From positions 412,886 to 476,885 of the forward strand of contig NW_002060955.1 of the NCBI RefSeq assembly GCF_000150275.1: a stretch of 64,000 nt of DNA. Direction: 5' to 3'. The DNA is from Trichoplax adhaerens (lineage: Eukaryota; Animalia; Placozoa). A model generated the notes under the pieces. The model saw only the letters and a program-made list of their open reading frames with translations, had not been told where the DNA came from and made no database searches. The position numbers were made by a program, and so were the translations under genes. Below are positions 30,801 to 44,900 of the stretch, piece after piece (the stretch's first letter is position 1; every line of letters begins with the position of its first letter).

Positions 30801-32963
30801 CTATATAAGTAGGTCGCTGCGAATATGCTCTATATACGCGTAAATTCAAGGTTGGAATGGTTAGAGTATCACTTTCAAACTAGTATATAATTTTTCATGG
30901 TACTAAAGCTCAACAATTATGCAATTTTATACTCCAATTTAACAAAGTCTAGAATACCACATAATCATTCATAGAAGCAAAGGGGTTATAACAAGTTTGT
31001 ATTATACCTTTTTTTCTTTTCATTTCCCATAGCAGTTATTTCAGCTAATAATTTGTCATGGTTTTCATCTATTTCATGGTTTTCATCTTCACTTGACTGT
31101 AACATTAGAATTTTGAAATATTCACAGTTAGTATCATCAAAACGATTCCAAATACTGTATACAATATATTCTACATCAGTCAGTATTGGATAAACTATGA
31201 AGGGTCTATTTGCAGAGAGATCTCAAGGGGGAGAGTTGATATTTTACAATCATTACCGACTGGAAGCCTAGTTTACTCGATCAGATTAGCATTACTGCAT
31301 TAGATAGGATATTAATGAGTGGTTAATAAAAATTACGATGGATAACTATCTTTATCTGTGCGTATATTTTATGGTTTGATAGAAACTTTTTCTTGTACGT
31401 GTAGGTGAGTAAAACTTTATCCTTGAGATTATGATGCCTAGTAGATATTTCCTGTCCAATTCTATTCAATATTGAATATCTTATTGTCGATTTTTACTCT
31501 TTCCTTGGAAATATCACGAGCTAATGTAGATCTATTACCGTAACAATATTTACTTGTTGAACTTTTGCATGAAACATTCTGTAACGGTGCAATAACAGTG
31601 TAGGCTTGCATTAGGGGTTGTAAGCCTATTGATTAAAGAGTTTATTGGATTCATTGTAGGTAATTCAATGCTAGTTTCTTGTCCAATTTTAAGTATCATG
31701 TAATGTAACGATGCAAGATTGCATTCCTAGCTTAATTTATTGATGTAATCATTTCATTCTATTTGGAGTGGTCATAACTGGTCCAGTCTTTGCTTTGAAT
31801 TGTTCACTAGGGAAGGCTGTTTTATAGCAATGGACATTGATTCCAAAATGATGACTGACAGAAAGTTGCAAGCGATCGTACAGTCTGCATTTTGAAGGTA
31901 TATTGTAAGGTATGTGTACTTTTACTAGGCTAATACTGGTCGATTCCGAGCCAATAGGAGTATGTGCATTGTGCAATCGTACAGTCTGCATTTTGAAGGT
32001 ACGTTGTAAGGTATGCACACTTTTATTGGGCTAATTCTGGTCGATTCCGAGCCAATAGGAGTATATGCAATCGTACAGTTTGCATTTTGAAGGTACATTG
32101 TAAAGTATGAGCACTTTTATTGGGCTAATACCGGTCGATTCCGAGCCAATAGGAGTATGTGTAATCATACAGTCTGCATTTTGAAGGTACGTTGTAAGGT
32201 ATGTACATTTTTATTGGGCTAATACTGGTCGATACCGGGCCAATAGGAGTATATGCAATCGTACAGTCTGCATTTTGAAGGTACATTGTAAGGTATGTGC
32301 ACTTTTACTAGGCTAATACTGGTCGATTCCGAGCCAATAGGAGCATGTGCAATTAGTACCAAAGAGCAAGAGACCGAAATTACTCTATGCCGCGGTGTTC
32401 ATGTGGTTAGCTTGAGCAACTGACTACTGTAGTCATGACTAATTCAGCTACTTGCAGCATGTATACTGTACTACTAGTAAAGCATGAGGTATAAATTTGG
32501 ACATTGAAATTTGTCTACAGTTGCAATATGCTTTTACTGTAGCCTATGCTATTAATACTTTGGACATAGGATACAGCAAGTGCTCGTAGGTTGTGTGATA
32601 ATCAAATCGACAGTACAGCACTCTACAATTTTATATCCATTTGGATTTTGGAAGCTATCAAGAAACTCGCATAATCGATTGGCCCTTTGCAATTTATCAT
32701 TGATTGGGCGATCATCTAGTGCAACATTATTACAGGCATGAATTAGCACAAGCGACAATAACGTAGTCTTGGTAGGTCAATAATATCAACTCGAATGAAT
32801 AGGAGTTCAAATTGTTCATCATTGCTGTCCTTTGGGCCACGAATGGGAGATGACTAACATCAATTACTACCTTCATTAAGGTTCTTACCGAGTCCTCGTT
32901 TATTCCCTGCCTGGATTCATTGACTTCAAGGCGAAATCGGACTTTCTTACTCTTGATAGGCAT
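27871..32963 (-). CDS. UTP14: U3 snoRNA-associated protein 14 (SSU processome); multi-exon
   Basis: Exon 1 (32963-32889) MPIKSKKVRF...INEDS|gtaaga. Later exons give SSEDENHE..HDKLLAEI, LAELRKMRALQSHYEQKCKRQKKIKSKKYHRI and ERVSLRHRNTSKWAR. The large last exon (28962-27871) has LPGWGAWSGAG, RQDDHLKNVIINE and PIGRHWN, all typical of Utp14. Confidence 0.93.
31872..32353. repeat. Tandem array, 94-bp unit, 5 copies, inside UTP14 intron 1
   Basis: ATC(G/A)TACAGT(C/T)TGCATTTTGAAGGTA at 31875, 31976, 32070, 32164 and 32258. Confidence 0.93.
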
Positions 32964-34347
32964 TGTAAAATGTCAATTTAGCCACTATTTGCTTTGAATG
33001 TCGTAGATTGTAACCGAGTACTTTCCTTTGGTTGCTTGTATAAGCGTTAGAAATGGATTAACAAGACAGATATTTGTGGATGGCGGCCATAGCAAGAGGG
33101 TCTGCGGTCGCGGTACTCGTGGAGAAGCTGTGACAGACAGCGCGACACCTGTAGACGAGCGCACAGACGCATAGACATACGGACGAAATGCTAGTTTGTT
33201 TCTTCAATTGATTCAATTTGGTTGACTTACTCACTCTATTATGTCTTATACATGAATCAAGATTCGTAGTAGAGTAGAGCAATGTCGAGTTGAAATGATC
33301 CCCTAAGGCAAGAGGCCATTTTGCTAGTTTGCATAGCAGTTTGCTCATTTCCTTGCGGTATTTGAAGAGTAGTTTGCGTAGTTTCCCATGTATTTACGAT
33401 AGAAAAACGCTGACTTATGACGATGCAATGGTAGTAGTATTGTACACTAAGGCTAGAGTGGGTTTGAAGATTAAAAGACAGTATATAGAAATCAATCTAT
33501 CGTGCAATTGTTTTCCTAGCCATGATTGGCTTGCAGTTGGATCAAAGACTAACCCATGGCGTAGAAATGAATAGTAATCTTTTACGAAAAGGGTAGTGGT
33601 ACATGCTAGATGGACAGTACAACACTGCAGACAGTCGGTTTCATGGCAGGTCTCAGCTACTCGTCATGAATATTTTTGCCATTCATGAATGAACAGTCGA
33701 TTTATTAATTCGATTGAAGAGTAGAGTTAGAGATGGCATTGCCGATGGATAGTATGGTATTGTGCTATACGGATGGAAGGACAGCAGTTTTGGCAGGGAA
33801 GTTGGAGGCACGATTGTCGGGAGAAAAATGGAGAGTGTTACTATAACGCTTTGAGTGGATACAATAAGTGGATACAGTTACTCTTTTTATCGAAGCATCA
33901 TGCGGGATATGGAATTGGAAGTTGTTAAAGCGGCGCGTTGATGTTGGCTGCTCAACCAATGGATTGATTGTTTCAATCATGAATTGAATGATGGAAAGTA
34001 GCGACCGACTAGAGTACAGTACAGCAGAATATCCTGCTTGTTGATTTCAACTTTGTTGTTGAAATTGATGATGGCTAGTCGGACCGAGAAGATGTTACTC
34101 GATGTTGAGTTTCATCTGTATTGAAAATAGACACAACCAAGGTATTTTGAAGCGTCTTGCAACAGGAGAAGACTGTTTAGCAATAGCAAAAATAGTCTTT
34201 GCAATGATGCAGCAATGATTTTTGGACAGTGTTGACATGGACTCGTCCTGTCGGTAGCATGGAATGGGTTCTACCTGTAGTAGAAGTTGCGTAGTCATGG
34301 CAGTTTCAGCAATACTGTAGGTAGTAAAGTACAGTACAGTAGAATTG

Positions 34348-34358
34348 CAAGATGGCGG
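34348..34358 (+). promoter_or_regulatory. YY1-type motif CAAGATGGCGG in the UTP14/STIM divergent intergenic region
   Basis: Near-perfect match to the YY1 consensus CAAGATGGCGGC. A related GATGGCGGC lies at ~33079 near the UTP14 5' end. Motif match only. Confidence 0.4.
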
Positions 34359-34361
34359 AGA

Positions 34362-35480
34362 CTAGTGTACTGTACACTGTACACTGTACGGTACTGTACT
34401 GTACTGTACTGTACATTGTACAATACAAGGCAGCAGAGTCGCATACTGCATACTGTACTGAGAAGCGCTGAGTCTACAGACTGACAATTGGATGGGACAG
34501 GACGTTAGTGCTCCCTCAATGTACAGTACTGTATAATACAGTAGTGTGTATCAAAGTACTGTATTTTGTCACTTTGAAAAGCATCAACCAGTGCTCTTAA
34601 CCAGCAAATACTGATTATCAACCTAATATAGCAATCTATCATAGCTTTACTGTATTTTTAAAGAAAAATATTGCCCGAAAGTGACAAAATGTTATGGTAC
34701 TCACTGTATGAGGCAGTAGAGTCGTGTTACTGAGATGCGCTGAGTCTACAGACTGACAATCGGATGGGACAGTGCAGTACTGCTCCCTCCATGTACTGTA
34801 CTGTACTCACTATAATATAATATGAGGCAGCACTGCAGCAGAGTCGTGTACTGAGATGCGCTGAGTCTACAGACTGACAATCGGACGGGACAGTACAGTA
34901 CTGCTCTCTCAATGTACTGTACTGTACTGTACTGTACACTGTACAGTACAGTATGAGGCAGCAGAGTCGTGGACTGAGATGCGCCGAGTCTACAGACTGA
35001 CAATCGGATGGGACAGTACAGTACTGCTCCCTCATTGTACTGTACTGTACAGTACACTGTACAGTATGAGGCAGCAGAGTCGTGGACTGAGATGCGCTGA
35101 GTCTACAGACTGACAATGGGATGGGACAGTACAGTACTGCTCCCTCATTGTACTGTACTGTACACTGTACAGTATGAGGCAGCAGAGTCGTGTCGTGGAC
35201 TGAGATGCGCTGAGTCTACAGACTGACAATCGGATGGGACAGTACAGTACTGCTCCCTCATTGTACTTTACTGTACACTGTACAGTATGAGGCAGCAGAG
35301 TCGTGGACTGAGATGCGCCGAGTCTACAGACTGACAATCGGATGGGACAGTACAGTGCTGCTCCCTCATTGTACTGTACTGTACAGTACAGTACAAGGCA
35401 GCAGAGTGGTGTACAGTACAGTACTGTACTGAGAAGCTGACGCCGCTGGGTCTACAGACTGACAACCGGACAAGACGGTA
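34362..35480. repeat. Tandem array of ~113-132 bp foldback units separated by (TACTG)n/TACAGTAC microsatellite, about 8 copies
   Basis: GAGGCAGCAGAGTCGTGGACTGAGATGCGC.GAGTCTACAGACTGACAATCGGATGGGAC recurs at ~34427, 34709, 34823, 34955, 35068, 35176, 35289 and, partially, 35396. Confidence 0.93.
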
Positions 35481-35900
35481 GAGTACGTGCACTCAAGTGT
35501 ATCGTTTTTGAACTCTGACTTGACTCGATTACATTGTATTCAGATTGATTATCTATTCCTGGACAATCATTAATTATTGTTCTGATTTACACGATACAGG
35601 CCGAAATAATTGGAAAAGAGAGGCAGGCGAGCAAGAGCCAAGAGGGCAAAAAAAAAATAAAAATTTGATTGATCGTCGTTTAATTCAACATTGATTATTG
35701 GAGAGAAGGGGAAAAATACAGCTACTACGGCAATCACTTTAACGATCGTCAATTAGACTTGAAAGTGGTGGACACATTGGATCACTCGATCCAAGCAAGA
35801 ATCGTATGACATTGGTGGTGTCGATGCAAGGACATTGGGCATCCGTTGAAAAGTGTTCTTCTTCATTACTCCAAGTCCAATAGAGAGAGGGGGAAAAAAA

Positions 35901-38900
35901 ATGGCCAACCACTTGTCTTTCCTTTGCTTTCTTCTAGCCATCGTCTTGATGATGGCTAGTATCGTCGATTGTAACGATGGGCAAATCAAGAAGAAGAAAG
36001 CGACAGGTAAATAGCATAAATTGATTTGCCATTCTTGTTGCCCATCCAAATACACCACATAGTCACATACACATACAAAACTCTCATCATCAACAAGGAG
36101 GATTGTTTACTCAATGCCGAACATTCATATCGGTCGACCGATCTAGGCAATCCTCTCCTCATCCATTGCATGTTGTCGTCTTTACCTCCATTTGCATTGC
36201 TTTATCTTCACTCTACAAGACATACAATTCTAGCGTTAGCGATGGTCCTATCCGAGAGAGACAGGACTTGGCCAATCAATCAATCGGTCTCTCGTCCACT
36301 TTCGAAGGGCTACACCATCCTAATGCAATCCATTCGTAGCCGCGTAAATCGCTTGCAATTCAATAACTGCAAACAAGCAATGAAATCATATTTCTTCTCT
36401 CCACCTCTCCTACAGTATCCATCGTTGTTGCTCATGTTGTCTTGATTGAATATTTAGCGAACATCAATGGCTATCATTTCCACGAGATGCCTTTTGCAAT
36501 GGCTTTCTGTCATTTTACATTGTGTGTGTAGAAAATGGTTTCATTTCTTTTCCCATTTTTTTCCCCCCTAGATCAAGCCAAAGATGTCAAAGATCGAGGC
36601 ACATTTGAGGCCATTGTCGCCATTCATGCCCATTTAGATGATGATCGTAGTGGTAATGTCGATATTAACGAAACACAAGAGGTAAGCAATCTTTCTTTCC
36701 CTTTCTATCATGACAGTCATCATGTTGACGCTAGCCTCCCATGATATTAGTAGTCAATACGTCAATCAATACACCCATTTTGACCTTGATGATGGAGTAA
36801 TAATAGGGCAGAATCTTGGCTATAATATCGTATTTCTATTCCATGCCAAGCCATTGCAAATAATAATTTGTTCAATCTGCTTAGCCAATCGATTTTAACA
36901 CCACCTTATTTCCACTCGTCCAAATCATCATCATTGTTGCTCAAATCGAATGCAACCGCCATTTGCTCGTTTTGACACAATACACTAGTTTGCTAATTCT
37001 ATTTTAATCAAAATCAATGTTAGCGTAATTAAATTCTAAAAATCAATTGCTCGCTCACAACCTCTCGTTAACGAGGTGTATTTTCTATTATAAACTCAAT
37101 TTGCATCCGTCTAACCAACATTACAAATGATGATTAAAAATACAACATCATGGTTATCATCACTTGACCGATAATCATCATCATTATCCAGTATGTGTAT
37201 TGGGCACAATTTCTGCTCTTGTTAATTTTCCTCTTGGTCATCTATATCATCCAATAGTTTCTACGCCAAGAATTACACTTGCAAAATGACCATGATCGAG
37301 AAGAAACATTGCATGCCAATGATAAATTTATCTCGGTTGAAGATTTATGGAATTCTTGGACTAAAAATGAAGGTAAGATTCAATGAACGACGGTACAACA
37401 ATTTACAATGCATTAATTGTCATGCAAGCTTTCATGTCGATCCTATCCATCCTTTGGAATATGATTATGACTAGTTGTTTAATCCAACCAGTGGATACTA
37501 TCCTATTTTCCAGTGATCGTTTGGCGATTATTGATCTTGTTAATACGATAGAGGGTATCATTTCTACTGCTAGTGATTGATTCATTCTTGAAAATCATTG
37601 CTAGCATCGTTTCTATCCATTATTCTTGATCGTACATTAATCATCAAATGATCTACGATTAACTAGAATACAGCTTGAACAAGACGAGTCTACAGTAAGT
37701 GATGATTGTCGTTTCATTCAAAACAATATCCAATACGTTTATCGTAGTTCTTTCCCCTATCCCCCCTCACCTAATTTATCAAGCAAGCATCCATCCTTCC
37801 ACTTGAACTGCCTATTGCTAATAGCAATAAGATTGATTATGAGATTGTTCAGGCTAATCCGTTTGATCATTTTGATTTTACAAAGCTCGTCAAAACGACT
37901 TTTGTCGTTACTACGAGTTCAATCTTAACTTGAACTTTTTTGATTTTCTTTTTTCTTTATTTTTGCTCCATACCGCAAGTAGAAGCGTAGAATGTCCATG
38001 ATTACAATTGAACATTATTTGAAAGCAATTGATGCTAGTCCTTGTTCATAATCATTTCGGCACCTATGGATATTACTGTATATTTATTGGACAATAGTAA
38101 CGACAACAACAACGATTACAAAGTGGCAACTTGGATAGTAGTTAGTGTAGTGTCTGTGATTGAATTCCTGCACTAGGCGGCTAGGCCATGTTGATGCATG
38201 AATAAATTTGGACCATACCATTTCAATTCTTATTTTGCCTGCCAAGAGTGTTTGTTGTAAAGCATCGGTAGAATGATAACAATTATCCTTTCTCTTGAAG
38301 AGTGGGGCAAATGATGGCCTAGTTTCGATACAGTTTCCATTGGATGGATGAGTTCATAATGGGATTACTGTGATTTGCTGCTGATGGTGAAATTTCCAAA
38401 ATATTAGATGGATTCCCTTGCAACCTTCCATTACCCTCCGAAGAGGGGGAAAAAAAAAAACATTTCTCTTGATCAAACCTTTCCAAGTCATGATGAAATG
38501 TTGTCAAAGATGCTATTGATAACAATTCTAAATAGTTATCACGAATACTGAATTACTTTGATAATGTACCCCGAACGAGTTGATGATGTCCATCAAGTAC
38601 GGGATATCCTTGACGATAATCATGTTGTATCTCAACACCAGCCCATTTTGCGGCTTTTCTCTCATCTTTTCAATGGCTGTCCAGATTAACCCTAATTTTC
38701 TACAGTATACCCCCGACATCATCATTGGACTAATCCATAGCGTCCACATGTTATAAATGGAATTGAATTGCCCTTGTATTGCAAAAAAACAGAGATGCCA
38801 ACTTAGGCTATTGATTACTTTTAATGTTCAATCCAATTGATCATCATGCAATATCATAACATGCACCCAACTGCTTTCTTTTCCTCTTGACTACCCTTCC

Positions 38901-41900
38901 AGTGTCAATAAAATCTCTCATTAGTTTTGTTCCATGGCATTTATTTCCTGTTGATTATTTTTGCTCTTGATCGATATTTTACAAAGTGGCAGACATAAAC
39001 CTTTTCGCTTAAAAAATTCCCAATGTGTGGACAAGGTTACAACGTTAATAGCAATGTATAGTATATATATTTATACTGTATATTAAAAAAAAAAGGAAAA
39101 AAAGAACATGAACCCGATAGCTTTTCACATTAGACCTTATTGATACAATGCAATGGTTTTTATTTTTATTTTCATTGACTTGAATTACAATATTGTATTT
39201 TGTTTTATCTTTTTTACTCGCATCCTTTTGCAATGTTGGAAGAAAGAGTCGGTTTGAAGGACAAAGTTAAACAGGAAATTGAACATGTCAATAACCAACT
39301 GTGCTCAAGAATTTCATTTGTGTTAAATCACCTTATGACAAACAGGACGATAACAAAAGTACTTTGTCTTCCAACTCTCTACATTATCCACAGTTAAAAC
39401 AGTAGCAGGGGGGATGATGGAGATCAAATTGTCTCTGTCGACCTACAGTACGTCTATGTGTCTTCAAGCTAATTTACAACAGCAGATTAACCTCTTTAAA
39501 TTTGTCCATTCATAAATGGACGACAAATTGCCAGGTTAACTACAGTACTTTCATGTCCGATTGGAGAGAGAGAAGAAGTGATTTTTTGAATCTTCCATTA
39601 GTAGAGAGATAATATTGAATCTCCGATTGGAGATGCCAGAGATGAGAAAGTTTTCATCTCCCGTTAACAGATACACAAGATGATGTTGAATTTCCGATTG
39701 GAGGTAGTAGATAGATCAAAAGAGATAATTGTATCTCGAATCGGAAAATGATGATAATATTGCACCTGATTGGAAATGGAAGAGATCATTCTGAACGTAC
39801 AGTACTATATCAATTCAACAAAAATGCCATAGCAAGCTTGATGGATATCTTGCTCTACTTAATTGTAAACTAGATGGAGTTTACTGGCCTGAAAAACAGA
39901 AAACCAACTCATGGTGTTTTTACATAAGGGGAGAATGAATATGAAGAGTATCTCCAGTTTACATTGCACCAACACATTTGTAGTGGGTAATATAAAACTC
40001 AATCTTCTCTTATTCGTCTTCATTTTCTCTTCTTCTTATGTTTACAATAATCATCACCTTGTCCAACATTGCTTTTGCTATCTTATGGAGATTACAGATG
40101 ATGATGTGAGAATTGTTTATCCTTAAAGCGATAAATATGCAAGAGATAATCGCCATCTTTACTCATCCATTCTATTCTATCGATGATGTCCAATAAAATT
40201 GGACATCATCAACTTGACTATCAAGTTGTCAAGGAAAGAATGAGGCTAACTATTCTAATGACCAAAAATTCAATAATGAAAAGGGTACCCTAAACCCTAA
40301 TTTGATCAGGATTATGGACAGACTGTGACACTGCAGTATTCATCAACGACTTACAGTCAATTAATGAATGATGATAATTATTTTATCAAAATAACAACTC
40401 GACACGCACATACTTGTACATGGCTAGAAAAGATAGATGCCTTCCTTCCCTGGCTACAGTATCAAGTGCAAAATAATGTCCTACAAAAATGTCGACGATT
40501 CCTTCACTAAACTTAATATTCGTAATGACTTTAATTGCAATTGCTTTTGAATAAAGCGCTCCATTTCGCTAGTCCTAAGCGATGGCGTTCGATGCTTGAA
40601 AAAGGTTCAACTACTTTGATATTTTCCTCTCTAGTTGCAAACTTATTTTAGAATCCTTAGCTATGGCGTTTGATCCTTGAAACAAGGATTACGCTTTCGT
40701 AGTCCCTGCTTGAAAGAGGTTCATCGACTTTGATATTTTCCTCCCTAGTTGCAAAGTTATTTTAGAATCCTTAGCTATGGCGTTTGATCCTTGAAACACG
40801 GATTACTCTTTCGTAGTCTCTGCTTGAAAGAGGTTCATCGACTTTGATATTTTCCTCCCTAGTTGCAAAGTTATTTTAGAATCCTTAGCGATGGCGTTTG
40901 ATCATTGCAACAAGGATTACGCTTTCGTAGTCCCTGCTTGAAAGAGGTTCATCGACTTTGATATTTTCCTCCCTAGTTGCAATCTTATTTTAGAACCCTT
41001 AGCGATGGCGTTTGATCCTTGAAACATGGACTACTCTTTCGTAGTCCCTGCTTGAAAGAGGCTCTACTACTTTCCTATTTTTCCACCCTAGTTCTATCCT
41101 TACTGACGATATTGATTGCATTGCAACTTGAATTGGGTGGGTTTAAAATGATCAAAGACTTTATGATCTCTACAACACGTTTACTTTTGAAGGATCCTAC
41201 TTGGTTAGCCTCCTTTTGCATAGCAAGTCCATACGATATTGGATGACATTGCATCAACATCATCATCATGTTATGCTTGAAGATAGGATTCAATGACAAA
41301 CGATTAGCCTTTCGATGAATAATTAGACCTATGTTGAATGCTTCTGATTCTTAAGTATGTAAGAATATTGACCATTAAAAGGTTCGATAACCTACTTAGT
41401 GGAAAACATTCCAGATGTCATGGCTATGAATGTGCAATGGAATTAGTCATCATTGTACAACATCATGATGGTGAAGGTCTTCAGGAAACTATGGACATTT
41501 AATAAATCATATCTAACTTAACCAGATACAATATGATCCGCTGTCATTAAGAGAAACTACGCGTATCTAATTTACATTCGTGATTTGTATTGACCATAGC
41601 GTAAAATCTTCAAATCATGAACTCGATTACTATGAATTCTAGATATTAGTAACTCCATGAAGAGATCAAGTAGTTGTGGCGACTATGGAGAGGGGAAAAA
41701 CAGGCAAACTTGTCATATCGTCCAATGTCAATATTTTATTGTACTCGTTTCTAAAAAGAATTGATCTTTCAAGAAAGAGTCAATATTGGAGTCTATAAAT
41801 TACACTCTTTCCAGGCAACCGAAATTCAGGTGCAGAATATCATCTCCCATTTTAATCAAGTATACCTGCCCTATGTTCAATAATTAATCAAATACAAGGT

Positions 41901-44900
41901 ATTGACCCAAGCTGAGATCTTTATCATTTCCTCATTAAGAAAGAAAATCACCTTGTCAACATCCCAAGACTGTATTCCATGGGACAATTCTCCACCATTG
42001 GATTACAATATTACGCTTTCATATTAAATTAATCAATGCAGAATTTCTTTGTTTTACCTCCCTTTCTCCGATACCATCTGTAGATGGTTTTAAATTAATT
42101 TCCATCACCTGTCGTTTTACAACACATGGATTCTATTTCCTTCAAATCATCGACACCGTCATGGAGACAAACGTGTACGTAGGGCATTGAAATAATTTAC
42201 TGGGGACGAAAGGGAAAAAAACAATTTAATGGCGCTCTCTTACGGAAATAAATGAATTGTTAAGAATAATTTGATTATAACTTGACTTGCGCTAGCGTTA
42301 GAGAGAATATTGAATAAAACGAATTCATCCATGATTGCGGAAAGAAATGGATTGCTATGAGTAGAGTAAACATTTTGCTTTCGCTACTGGTAGAGAAAAC
42401 GACTATTGGACACGTCCATGATAAAAAGGGAATGTGCATTCTCCACTTGATTGAATTCATCGATGTTCACGGAAGTAAGCTGATTGCTACTAATAGAATG
42501 GACAATAACTTTATTTTGGCTACGAGTAGAGAACAATATTGTACAAGTCTATCATCAAAGGGGAATGCTAATCATTCAGTAAACTAAATCCATCTATGTT
42601 GGCGGAAATAAATCGGTTGTTACGAGTAGAAAGACACTAGCTTTACTTTCGCTACCAGTAGAGGAAATAGTGGACAAGTCCATGTTGGAAGAAATGAATC
42701 GGTCGCTATGAAAAGAATGACAATAACTTTACTTTCGCTACCAGTAGAGAAAATAGTCGACAATTCCATAAGATGGAAGACTTTAATCAGTCGTTATGAA
42801 TAGAATGATAACAACTTTACTTTTGCTACCAGTAGAGAAGGACAAATCCATGATGGAAAAAATAAGTCGGCCGCTATGAATAAAATGATGACAACTTTAC
42901 CTTTGCTACCAGTAGAGAAGGACAAGTCCATGATGGAAGGGGAAGGGGTATAGCCGTACTTTCTGTAGACTAAGCGATCGATTGGATACCTCCATGAACT
43001 GAGTTGGAATTCATTTTAAAAATGCTATAAACTAGACGAATTGATTCTATTACATTGCAAAGTATCCATCGACAATAGAAATCGATAGTAGGACTATACA
43101 AGGATAGTAGCAATCGATCACTTTGGATTATTTTACTCCTAGTTTTGCAATGGTTATTTTTCTTTCATGCTTTCATGACATGATTACTTTGCGTTAATGA
43201 AGATTGTCTTCTATAATACTGTTATAATGGAGTCCAATGACATTGGGGCCATAATCATACAACATGATAAGCTATAAGCGTAACTTTTTATATCGTTTAT
43301 CCATCACAAGATTGATCGTATCGATTCTATGTCATTGAAACAACAATCATGGATGTTATTCTGTCTATCAACATGGGAATTGTAATGGAATTGGATTTGA
43401 ACTTGTGTACGCTATGCTTACAAAGCATCGATTAGTCAAAAGATAGTTCTATCTCTCAACATCATAAGGGGCAAATTTCATGCAACAAAAGTCAACATAG
43501 TCATGATTTTCACGATAGGGAGGGGAATAGAACAGTTCGACGATCGCTGACATCATTTATTATTATTTTACCAAGTGAAAATAATAATTCCAATATAAAA
43601 GAGTAAAAAGAAACAAGTCGAAAAATAAATAATACATATATCAAACCACGTCAATCATGGATCAACATAATAAATAGGCATTGAACAACGTTGTGCATAA
43701 TTTAATTGGGAAAGTATCAGTTCCATAGGCATATTTTGGATACTTTTCAAACTTGGATAGATGATGAAAATAAGATTTAGTGGCTACATACTCTTAATAG
43801 GTTATTGCCTTTGCTAATAGAATGACAAAAGACATTAGACTCCATGTTACATGATTTCTTATAGAAAATCTCAGTTACTTTGACATAATCTGCATACTTT
43901 TAAAATTGCAGTGGATGATAGAATCATGACTTAGTGGGTATATACTCTCAATGGGTTATTGCCTTTACCAATAAAAGTGATCAAAGACATTAGACTCAAA
44001 GTTATATCATGATTTATTATTAAAAGTCTCAGTTCTTCTGACATAATTTGCATACTTTTGAAATTGCAGTGGATGATAGAATCATGACTTAGTGGGTACA
44101 ATGGGTCATTGCCTTCGGAAATAAAATGATTAATGCACACTAGACTTCATTAGACTTAATGCTGTATGATTGATTCTAAAAAGGATCACTTACTTAGATG
44201 TAATCTGGATATAGTGAAACTTTAATGGATGATGAAAAGATGATTTAGCGGTTACAGTGGGGTTAACCGAATGACAAATAGACATTAAATTAGACTTAAT
44301 ATTGCATAATTAATTGTGAAAATAGCAGTTACATAGACGTAACTGACCCTTGCCTCTGGAAATTAAAGGATAAATAGACATTTTTTGGACAACATTAGAC
44401 TAAACGTTGTATCATTTTCTTCTAAAATGGATCATTTGCTTAGACATAATCTAGATACTGTTAAGATAGTAGCATCGATGGGTCATTGTCTATGGAAATA
44501 GAATTTTGCTACCGTAATTCCAGCAGTCTCAGTCAGCCATATCTAAATTGTATAAACTATTCCAAATAGTGCTCCATCTGTCTATCGTTAATCTCTTCTA
44601 GTGATCATGTTGCCAATATCAAGCGTATAAAAAGTATTCGTAATTGTTGGCAATCTCGCTCGCTGTCTTTTCCATGGATAAGAAAACGAGCGCTAGGGAA
44701 TGCATTATCGCATTTTGGATAACGTTAACTTTTATCCATGACAGGTTAAGAATCAGTTAGTGACTGAATTAAGTACTAGGAAAGGATGGCACATTAAATA
44801 TACCTATGCTATACTGCAGATAAATTTCTTGTGCTACTCTAGATGACACATACAGGCATATTGCACTGTAAAATGATCGACTACTAAAATGAGATAATAA

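Noticed and set aside
34727-35492. Four overlapping Cys/Tyr/Ser-rich ORFs on the minus strand
   Set aside because: They are translations of the tandem repeat and its TACTG microsatellite; frames shift between units and no domain is recognisable.
40575-41092. Hammerhead ribozyme or retrozyme array
   Set aside because: No CTGAnGA...GAAA core with the required stems was found on either strand.
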